A stretch of DNA of 64,000 bases from Pelagomonas calceolata (lineage: Eukaryota). Below, one piece after another: positions 55,430 to 64,000 of this stretch (positions are counted from its first letter, which is position 1; each line of letters begins with the position of its first letter). The position numbers and the translations under genes are program-made. The DNA lies in the NCBI GenBank assembly GCA_918797485.1, contig CAKKNE010000005.1, positions 1,178,001-1,242,000 on the forward strand, read 5' to 3'. Under the pieces are notes generated by a model, which saw nothing but the letters and a program-made list of their open reading frames with translations, ran no database searches and was not told the DNA's origin.

Positions 55430-56497
55430 TTACCGGCAGCACGTCGGCCGCCGCCGCGCGCGGTCGTAGAAGTCGTCGTCCGCGTCCGCGTCAGGCGTAG
55501 AAGTCGTAGAAGTCGTCCGCTTTACCAAATCGCCGGCGCGGCGCCAGGCGCGGTAGATTGACAAAGCAACCTCCTGCGCCATAGCGTCGCCGGCCGTCGT
55601 AGAAGAAACGTCGAGCGCCAAGCGATCCGCCGGGAAGACGCGCCGCGCCCTTTCCACGAGCTGCTCCGAAACGGGCGGCTCGCCGACGCCCGTCCACAGC
55701 AATAACTCTCCCCTACATTCGTCCAGCAACCGTCGCAACGGCTCTGAGTTACGCAGCGCCATTCGTAGGTTCGCCGAGATAGCTAGACGCGGATCACCTA
55801 AAAGCTTGTGCCGCTGCAAGAGTGAACGTAACGCCGCGACGTGGTCCACGGAATAGCTGTGGCCCAAGCCGACGTCCACGGTCCAGCCCAGCGACAGGGA
55901 AGAGAACGCCCGATGTCTCATACAACTTTGCACGAACGCATCCGCATCAAAATTACAGGAAGAGGAACCGGGGCCGATTAAGACGTCGGCGTTGAGCCAG
56001 ACGTGCTGGCCTCTAGCTTGCAACGCGCGGGCGTAGTATTTCTCGAGTCCCCAAACGACAGGCTGAACAACATCTTGACTCTTGAAGTCCAGTTTTATAT
56101 GTTTTCTTTGTGGAGACGTCGTGACGGCGTCCATGAAGGCGTCGAAGGGTAGATCCGATTCAGTTTGAGGGGGATGGGCATGAACTACTGCGGATTGGGT
56201 CGTGCTCCAGATCAAGTCCGTCTCGATGGCCGTTATGCTATCGTCCTGCAATGCCGCCTCTAATTCACTCTTGGAGCAGACGGAGTGGGCCCAGCGCTGG
56301 CGGCTCGAGACCAGTCTCGTTGGTTTTGGTGAGACGGAGCTGCTACGCGGCGACCGCGTGTCGAGGCCGACGACGCGCGCCGCCATCGGCGACATGTTGC
56401 GCGGTGCTTGCGGCTTCTTCTGGGACCAGTCGCGCTGGTGGCGTGCGGCGGTGGCCTTTGCCAGTGGTGAGCGGGAGGGGGCGGCGTCCGGCTGCAT
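55430..56497 (-). CDS. FAM151/menorin (DUF2181) PLC-like phosphodiesterase-fold protein
   Basis: WAHSVCS, AIETDL, HAHPP, HIKLDFK, VWLNADVL.GP, LSLGWT. Confidence 0.8.
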   Translation of the reverse strand: MQPDAAPSRSPLAKATAARHQRDWSQKKPQAPRNMSPMAARVVGLDTRSPRSSSVSPKPTRLVSSRQRWAHSVCSKSELEAALQDDSITAIETDLIWSTTQSAVVHAHPPQTESDLPFDAFMDAVTTSPQRKHIKLDFKSQDVVQPVVWGLEKYYARALQARGQHVWLNADVLIGPGSSSCNFDADAFVQSCMRHRAFSSLSLGWTVDVGLGHSYSVDHVAALRSLLQRHKLLGDPRLAISANLRMALRNSEPLRRLLDECRGELLLWTGVGEPPVSEQLVERARRVFPADRLALDVSSTTAGDAMAQEVALSIYRAWRRAGDLVKRTTSTTSTPDADADDDFYDRARRRPTCCR

Positions 56498-56661
56498 GGT
56501 TTCTTTTTAATTGTTATCACTGCTAATATCAGTGCTGGCGGCGTCCGAGCCGTCGCGCTGCGATGAATTACAGTCGTTGTGAATGAAATCAAGGTGTGTA
56601 TTATATGTAGAAGCTCCAGCTACACAATACCGCGAGGCATTCCGCGCCGGCGCGCAAGGCT

Positions 56662-56684
56662 TGCTAGTGTGTTACTACCGCTAG
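56662..56684 (-). promoter_or_regulatory. Recurrent intergenic motif (reverse orientation)
   Basis: Reverse complement ctagcggtagtaacacactagca, between divergent genes. Confidence 0.55.
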
Positions 56685-56855
56685 TTCGATCAAGAGCGCC
56701 GATCACATAAATAATAAATGCTGCGCTAGCCTACGTGTGTTTTTGTACTGCGCCAGCCACAACACATCGCTGCGTGCCCAAAATTGCGCTCGCGAAACCT
56801 GGATCTACCAGCTCTGCGCTCCCGACCTGATCCATCAGCTCTGCTCAGCTGCAGC

Positions 56856-57782
56856 ATGGTTTTACCTATTCTTGCCAGCGCTCACGCGCGCGACGGCAAC
56901 GTAGCCGGCGTGCAGCGCTACCTCGTCGGCGACCCGGTGAGCTATCCCGGGCAGGGCCCGGGCGACATACATGATGTCAACGGCGACGGCTGGGGCCTGT
57001 TGCGCCTCGCGGCCACCTGCGTTAATGAGACACGTGGTGTCCGACTCATGCGATTCCTGCTGAGCCGCGGCGTTGACGTGGACCAGTGCGCACGCCCGGG
57101 TACCGCGACGGCGCTCCATAACGCTTGCCTCGGTCATCGGAGCACGGCCGTCGAGTTATTAGTCAGCCACGGGGCCAACGTGCATAACAACATCTGGGCG
57201 CCGCCGGCTTTCATGGCAGCTGGGGCGCTCGATTCTGATTTACATGAGAGCCCCCCCGCGGAAGCACTCTGGCAGAGGTACAAGTGCGTGCTGCACCTTG
57301 TACGCGCGGGTGCAAGGCTCGACGGCACCGTTATAAATTTCGATGCGCAGGGCCCCGAGCCTCGAGACGTGCAGATGAGCCTCGAGCAGGTCTTCGAAAA
57401 GTTGATGGGCGAACGCGAGGACTCTGAGGAGCTCCGGTACCTCGAGCTCTCGCACGAGCTGGTGAGGGCCGTCCGCGCCGCCGGCGGCACGTGGCGCCAG
57501 TACGTGCGCCAGTACGTACTGGCGACGCCGAAGGAGCTGCTGCGGCTCCGGTCGCAAGTGGCGCGGGGCAAGGCGCGGGCCAAAGTGCGCGCGCGGGCGA
57601 AGACGCCGCGCGAACTCCAATGGCTCATGTCCCCCAATTTGCCGAACGAGCTCTGCTGGCGCGTGCTGGAGTACTGGAACCCGCGGTCGGGCGAGGCGCA
57701 CTTCGAGGGGCTCCTTCGGGGCAATCCCGACGCGCAGCGCGAGGTCGCGGTGGCCGCCGGCCCGGCCCCTGCGTTGCCGTAG
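56856..57782 (+). CDS. Ankyrin-repeat protein
   Basis: FLLSRGVDVD, TALHNAC...AVELLVSHGANV. Confidence 0.75.
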   Translation: MVLPILASAHARDGNVAGVQRYLVGDPVSYPGQGPGDIHDVNGDGWGLLRLAATCVNETRGVRLMRFLLSRGVDVDQCARPGTATALHNACLGHRSTAVELLVSHGANVHNNIWAPPAFMAAGALDSDLHESPPAEALWQRYKCVLHLVRAGARLDGTVINFDAQGPEPRDVQMSLEQVFEKLMGEREDSEELRYLELSHELVRAVRAAGGTWRQYVRQYVLATPKELLRLRSQVARGKARAKVRARAKTPRELQWLMSPNLPNELCWRVLEYWNPRSGEAHFEGLLRGNPDAQREVAVAAGPAPALP

Positions 57783-57878
57783 GCCTCAAGGAACCGCCGC
57801 TGTGTAAGAAACCTGTAAGACGACGACGACGAGATATGGAAACAGTTTTTTATAATAAGGGAGGGACCGCACGCCTAT

Positions 57879-60800
57879 TCATCGCGAGACCGCCATCTCC
57901 TCGACGGAATCAGCCACCACGGCGTGGTGCGGCTTGTCCTCTTCAGAGGGAGGCACGACCTGGCAGAAGTGCGACGCGTCAAAGTTCTCCAGGAGGTGCT
58001 TGGCGTGCTTCGACGCCGTCGCCTCGTGGTGCTCGCGCAGCAGCCGCTTGATCGTGTCCGCCGCCGGCGAGCCGTTCTGCACCCTTCTGGGTTTCACGTT
58101 CGTGAGCTTGAGGCGACCGGCGATCATGTCATCATTCACGGAAGGATCGTACAAGTACGCGACGCCGCCCGTCATGCCCGAGCCGACGTTGATGCCCGTC
58201 GGTCCCAGCACGAGCACGACGCCGTTCGTCATGTACTCGCAGCAGTGGTCGCCGGCGCCCTCAATCACGGCCTGGACACCGCTGTTGCGCACGCCGAAGC
58301 GATCGCCGGACTGGCCAGCGGCGAAGAACTTTCCGGAAGTGGCGCCGTACAAGCACGTGTTGCCGATGATGACACTGTTCTTGGCCTCAAACACCCCGTT
58401 CGCCTCGGCCTCGCGCGGCGGGAAGATGGAGACGTGCGCGCCGGACAAGCCCTTGCACACGTAGTCGTTCGCGTCGCCCTCGAGCGAGACCTTCATCTCG
58501 GACACGGCGAAGGCCATGAACGACTGGCCGGCCGCGCCCGTGTACTTGAGCTCGACGGGCTGGATCTTGCCTTCCGCGCGCTGGCGGCGCGCGATGTCGC
58601 CAGCTAACCTAGTACCAACAGCTCTATCGGTGTTCACGAGGTAGTAGGGCTCCTTGGAGATCGCCTTGCCCTCGCCGACGTACTGGTCGTCGAAATGAAT
58701 GCCCGCGGGGCACAGCAACGCGCGCGACGGCGCGGGCTCCGCCGGCGCGACGAAGTCCTGCGTGAAGAGGCCCTTCTCGATGGGCTTCAGGACCGTCGTG
58801 GCGACGTCGAACCTCGTAGTTTTTGATAGATTCATGTCATCTACTAGTTCTAACAAATCGATGCGGCCGACCGCTTCTCTGAGCGATTTGAGGCCGAGCT
58901 TCTTCAGGATGTCCGCGGTCTCCTCCGCGACACTTTCGAAATATCTCGTCACGTCTTCCGGCTCGCCGCGGACGCGCGCGCGGAGCTTCTCCTTCTGCGT
59001 GGCGACGCCCACCGGACAATTATTCGTGTGGCACACGCGCGCCATGACGCACCCGGCCGCGACCATGGCCACGGTCCCGAACCCAAACTCCTCGGCGCCT
59101 AGTAAAGCTAGTTTCACGACGTCCGCGCCCGTCCTTACGCCACCATCGGCCCGGACCGTCACGAGGCCTCGGAGACCGTTCTCCACGAGCGTGGTGTGAG
59201 ACTCAGCCAAGCCGAGTTCCACCGGAGCGCCGGCGTGCTTGATGGAACTAATAGCAGCAGCACCAGACCCGCCGTCGTGGCCCGAGATCTGGATCACGTC
59301 CGCGCCGGCCTTGGCCACGCCGCACGCGACCGTGCCGATGCCGATAATCGAGACCAGCTTTACGGAGATCCTAGCTTTCGGGTTGATGGCCTTGAGGTCG
59401 AAGATCAATTGCGCGAGATCTTCGATGGAGTAGATGTCATGATGCGGCGGAGGCGAGATGAGTGTCACTCCCTCCGTAGCGGCACGGACCGAAGCGATGT
59501 AGCTATCGACCTTCTGGCCCGGCAACTGCCCGCCCTCGCCGGGCTTCGCCCCCTGGGCGACCTTGATCTCGATCTGCGCGGCAGCGGCCAAGTACGGAGC
59601 AGTAACACCGAACCGTCCCGACGCGACCTGTCTTATTTGAGACTGCGCGATGTCGCCAGCCACGATAGATTTACCGCGAAGATGCTTCCAGGTCGTGTCG
59701 CGATTCTCGCCCACATGATCATTTCGCACTTTATCTTCCCCGCCCTCGCCGGAGTTCGACGCCGCGCCCAATCTATTCATGGCCATGGCCAGCGACTCGT
59801 GCGTCTCTCTGGACAGAGCGCCGAGCGACATGCCGCCCGTGACGAAGCGCTCCGTGATCTCTCGCAGCGAAATGTCCGCATCAGAAGGCGTGTCCGCATA
59901 CTTGAACTGGAGCAGATCGCGTAAACCGAACGGCGCCGTCTCCGTGAGCTCCTTGACGAAGTCGTTGTACTTGTTCTTGCGCTCGACGGGGTCGTCTTCT
60001 CGGACCGACGCGTGGAGGAGTTTCGCGACTCGCGGTGAATTCGCGTGTTCCTCGCCACCGCGCCCCTTCTGCAAGGCGTTGATGAAGCCATAATTCGACA
60101 GCTTGAAGACCTTGACGTCGTCTGCATCGAGGCCGCCGTAGGCCGAATCCTTCACCAATGACGCGGTTTCTTTTTGGAGCTCGGCAAAATCTAGACCGCC
60201 GACCCTCGAAGCGGTGCCCTTGAAGGCGACGTCGACGACTTCCGGGTGCAAACCGATGCACTCGAAGATCTGGGCGCCTGCGTCGCGTCGACGTTAGCTT
60301 CTCGTGATCATGAATACGGCGTCGCGGGCGCTGGAGGTGTGTGTGGGTCGCGTCGATGGCGTGTGGGGCGTCTCAGACTCGCTGGAGCGGCCCTCGGGGC
60401 CGACGGCCGCCGAGCGCGCTCGAGGCAGGACAGACTCTCGGGCGGCCACGTCGAGACGCCATCGACGCGACTTGAAGTTCGGAAACGTTCGGAAAAAGAC
60501 GCTGGGTCCGCACCGTGGTAGGAAGACAGCGTACTAATGCCGATCTTGCTCATGATCTTCAGCACGCCCGCCTTCAACGCGTTCCGCGCGTTCTCGATGC
60601 CGACGTTGCTCTCGACGGCGGCCTTGGCCTTCTTGCCTTCGGCTGGCGGGGTCGTTAATTGAGTGGCGACGCGGAAGAGCATGTACGGGTGGACCGCACT
60701 GGCACCATATCCTATTAATGTCGCGACATGGTGCGTCGACCAGACCTGGGCCGTCTCGACGACAAGCGAGGCGCTCATTCGTAAACCGGACGAGATCAGA

Positions 60801-63158
60801 GCATGATGACTAGCACCGACAGCGATCAGAGGCTGGACATACAACTTGTCACCAGTCGGCTCGAAGGTCTTGTCTGACAAAATAACTAACTTGGCACCAT
60901 CACGCACAGCATTAACAGCTTCCTCGGAGATCCTCTTCACGGCCTCCTCAAGACTTTCGGTAGCAGGATCATACACGGTAGACAACGTAGTCGTCGACAG
61001 GACCGAAGACACTTCATCTAATTCAGCTTGATGCATAATAGGAGTTTCTATACGTACAAGATCGGCACCCGCATCTAACTCAAGAGCAACATCGACACAA
61101 TTGGGCCTTTGACCTAACCACACATCAGTCGTCATGACGTGCCCCTCGCGGATGGGGTCGATGGGCGGGTTCGTCACCTGCGCGTGGCGCTGCTTGAAGT
61201 AGTCGTAGGCCGCGTGCGCGAAGGTCGACATCGCGGCTAAAGGCGCGTCGGCGCCCATGCAGTGCGTCGCCTCGCCGCCGGACGCGACCATGGCCAGGAC
61301 CTGCATGTCGACGTCCTCGCTGCCCCAGCCGAAGGCCGCCTGGATGCGCGTGTCGCTCTCGCCGTACGTGTAGGCCGGCGCGGGCTTGTTGTCGACGATC
61401 GTGCGCTTCTGTCTCGCGAGTTCCTGCTCCCATTTAGGATTAGCAGCGACCTGCGCCTTGACGGCGGCGTCGTCGTAGTAGCCGCCGTCGCTCTTCACCA
61501 GATCAATTTTGCACATCATGCCCGGGCCGAGGCGCGTCCGTTCGAGGATTTCCGAGTCCGGCGGCACGGCGTCGCAGCTGTTCTTGTGGCTGCCCGTCTC
61601 GGAGGACAAGGCCACGAAGCCGTCGCGGTACCGCGTGATGCGCGCCGGTCTCAGACCGTTCCTGTCCAATCTAGCACCCACAACATCACCATCCGAGTAG
61701 CACACGGCAGCGGGCCCGTCCCAGGCCTCCTGGAGCGGCGCGTGGAGGTCGAAGAACAATTTTTCTTCGGGTTTGGGAATCGCGGGCGGCATCATCAGCA
61801 GCAGAGACTCGTCTACCGTGCGTCCAGCTCTCGTGTACAACTCGAGGGAAGCGTCCAAGTTCGCGGAGTCGGACTTGGACGCGTCGACCACAGGTCCTAA
61901 CTGGTCGGGATCTACGAACTCGCAGGACCGGTCGGGATCGTCCGACGAACACCCGGCGGCGACGGCGCCCATGTCGGCCCCCGCCGCTAATGCGCGCGAC
62001 ACCATCCAGTTCACGTTCCCGCGGATCGTGTTGATCTCGCCGTTGTGCGCGATCTGCCGGAAGGGCTGCGCGAGCGACCAGCGCGGCATCGTGTTCGTGG
62101 AGAAGCGACGGTGGTAGATGGCGAACTGAGACACGTACCTGCGTTGATTGATACCGTCGCGAAACCGCCGCGGCGCCCGCGCGCGACGCGTAGGCTCTCA
62201 TGTGATCATGAAGATATCCGCAGGCTCGCCGTCGCGACACGGCCGGGGCTCCCTCACGAGACGTGTAGGCTCTCGTGCGACCGCGTCGACGGCGTCGCGG
62301 CGGCGTAGTCTCATGAAGACGCCGTCGACGCGACTTGAAGTTCGGAAACGTTCGGAAACGGACGCTGAGTCAGCACAGTTCGTTCGCGAGATCAAGGTAA
62401 AACTTCCTGAGCGCCGACGACTGGACCATGCCCTTGTAGACGACGGTCTTGTGCGAGCACGAGGCGATGTAGAACTCCTCTTCTCGGTCCCACAATCCGC
62501 TCAGAGTCCTTCTGTACAAGTAGAGAGCTCTCTCTAACGATCTAGGATCTCTTTCGGGAACATCAGCAGCCGTCGCTAAAATAACGTGAGCGAAGTCCGG
62601 CCGTCCCGCAGCGGCCGCCTCGCCGCAGATCGACGGATCAATCGGCAGGTCGCGCCAGGCGACCACTTCGAAGCCAGTCAATGAAGCGGCCTCATAGGCT
62701 AATTCCGAAGCTCTGGCCGCCGCTTCAGGATCTCTGGGAACAAATAAGGTAGCCACACCTAATTTCTCGTCCGGGTTCTGTTCCCTCCTCGCCTTCAATG
62801 CGGGCGTGTCCGATTCGTAGACGGCCCACGGGATCTGGGTCATGATACCAGCACCATCTCCCGAGACGCAGTCGGACGAGCAGCCGCCGCGGTGCTCGTT
62901 TGCGTCGCAGGCCGCCGTGGCGGCGATGATGACCCTACGAGAGGGACCCGCGGCGCTCTCCGCCACAAAACCGACGCCGCACGCGTCGCGCTCGGTCGCT
63001 AGGGTTCTCTCGATCGTAGAGAGGTCATAAGTGTTCTTCGTGCGCTGCGTGGCGCCGGGGACCTTGGCCGCGCTCAGCGACGACGCCGCGCGCGGCGGGC
63101 GAGCTGGTAGCAGTGCGCTTACGCATGAGAGCGCGAGCGCGAGCGCGACAGCCTTCAT
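57879..63158 (-). CDS. gltB: Ferredoxin-dependent glutamate synthase (Fd-GOGAT), plastid-targeted, 3 exons (~1601 aa)
   Basis: Presequence MKAVALALALSCVSA-L; Ntn-nucleophile ACGVGF; HRRFSTNT, HNGEINT, IEIKVAQGAKPGEGGQLPG, 3Fe-4S motif CVMARVCHTNNCP. Introns at 62139-62376 and 60278-60513; splicing restores YHGAQIFE. Confidence 0.95.
60278..60513 (-). mobile_element. Introner-type intron in glutamate synthase
   Basis: Minus strand gtgcggacccagcgtc...tttccgaacgtttccgaacttcaagtcgcgtcga...cgcag, sharing a block with 62139-62376. Confidence 0.85.
62139..62376 (-). mobile_element. Introner-type intron (class A) in glutamate synthase
   Basis: Minus strand gtgctgactcagcgtccgtttccgaacgtttccgaacttcaagtcgcgtcgacggcgtc...gcag, same family as the introns at 18422-29013. 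Confidence 0.88.
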
Positions 63159-63627
63159 CGTGCGTGCAAGGCTGGGTTGGCTTCGCAGCGATGCTTGTGA
63201 GCTGTGCTGGTCGCGGAGAGCGCTTATGACTTGTTTACACAGCACTGACGCCGGGCTAAAGTCCTTCACTCGTGATTGCTGTGGGCAGTCGCTAGTACCA
63301 AGCCACTAGCATTCGATTTTTGTGAGCCCTCAGTCGCGGTCATTTGCCTCCGCGGACTCGGTTTGGGGCAGGGCCCGCCATTGGGCGGCTTCTAGGCCGA
63401 TTGCCAAACCCGCGTGGTACCGTGACGGGCCCGACGCACCTCCAAGCCCGCCTCGGAGGGCCGAGACGCCGCCAGGGCGTCGGCGATGGTACCTTGGCCC
63501 CGGCCTCACGCCATCGCCGCGACGCGGCTCTGTGAATTTAAACGCCGCGTCTCTACGTTCAAACGACGCCGGAGTTATCTTTCAGAAAACAGGTTATTAC
63601 AGGAGGGGGGTCTTGGAGAGGTCCTAG

Positions 63628-63999
63628 CTAGGTGTCGCCGAACAGGCACTCGTCGGGCCCGTCGACCGTATCACTGGAACAGACCGGTAATTTGGGCGCG
63701 AGCATTTCAATGTCCGCGCTAGACCCGCCGAGCTTCCGCATCAGCGAGTGCCAGAGCGACGCGTCTCTTTCGTTCCCGAGGACCTGGGCCGACGAGCAGG
63801 CCGCGGGTTGATACAATCCACAGTCGACCGCGGTTCGTAATTCGCCCGGTGCGAACTCGTAGCGCCCCACAAAAAAGGCGAACTCCGCCGCATCGGCCTC
63901 GCCGTTGCATACTAATCTCGCGGCGTGCGCGGCGCCGCCTCGATAGATGCCGCAGCCCGGCGCGAGTTCCGTGCTCCCTTCGAGGTCCCGCGTATGCAG
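63628..63999 (-). CDS. 3' end of a YqgE/AlgH (DUF179)-like protein, partial
   Basis: The frame is open from the window end: LHTRDLEGSTELAPGCGIYRGG...FAFFVGRYEFAPGEL...LWHSLMRKLGG. Confidence 0.6.
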   Translation of the reverse strand: MHTRDLEGSTELAPGCGIYRGGAAHAARLVCNGEADAAEFAFFVGRYEFAPGELRTAVDCGLYQPAACSSAQVLGNERDASLWHSLMRKLGGSSADIEMLAPKLPVCSSDTVDGPDECLFGDT

Positions 64000-64000
64000 C

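Noticed and set aside
57879..63269. Three separate glutamate synthase ORFs or a pseudogene
   Set aside because: Two GT-AG introns join them into one 4806-nt frame with conserved motifs restored.

Overview
GC-rich, gene-dense eukaryotic DNA. Plastid-type bipartite presequences, Fd-GOGAT, a flagellar IQUB gene and repeat-derived introns point to a photosynthetic stramenopile, probably a pelagophyte such as Pelagomonas or Aureococcus (inference). The first 29.5 kb is one giant gene, open at the 5' window edge, encoding >8,200 aa: dozens of IPT/TIG-like repeats, then Cys-rich GCC2/GCC3-type repeats, then a multi-pass membrane C-terminus. Its first 18.4 kb has no recognisable intron. The last 11 kb is split by 31 introns, 6 of them GC-AG, which I reconstructed by hand into a continuous frame. 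These introns are copies of related repeat elements (introners). One copy (22597-22871) is intact, with 15-bp TIRs and an 8-bp TSD that supplies the GT donor; others show decayed TSDs. Two more copies interrupt the glutamate synthase gene. The window also holds an intact-looking hAT transposon (42521-45389), about 20 mostly intronless genes, and a recurrent CTAGCGG-N-GTAA-N-CACTAGC motif upstream of or between divergent genes (candidate promoter element). All family assignments are from motif recognition, not database searches.
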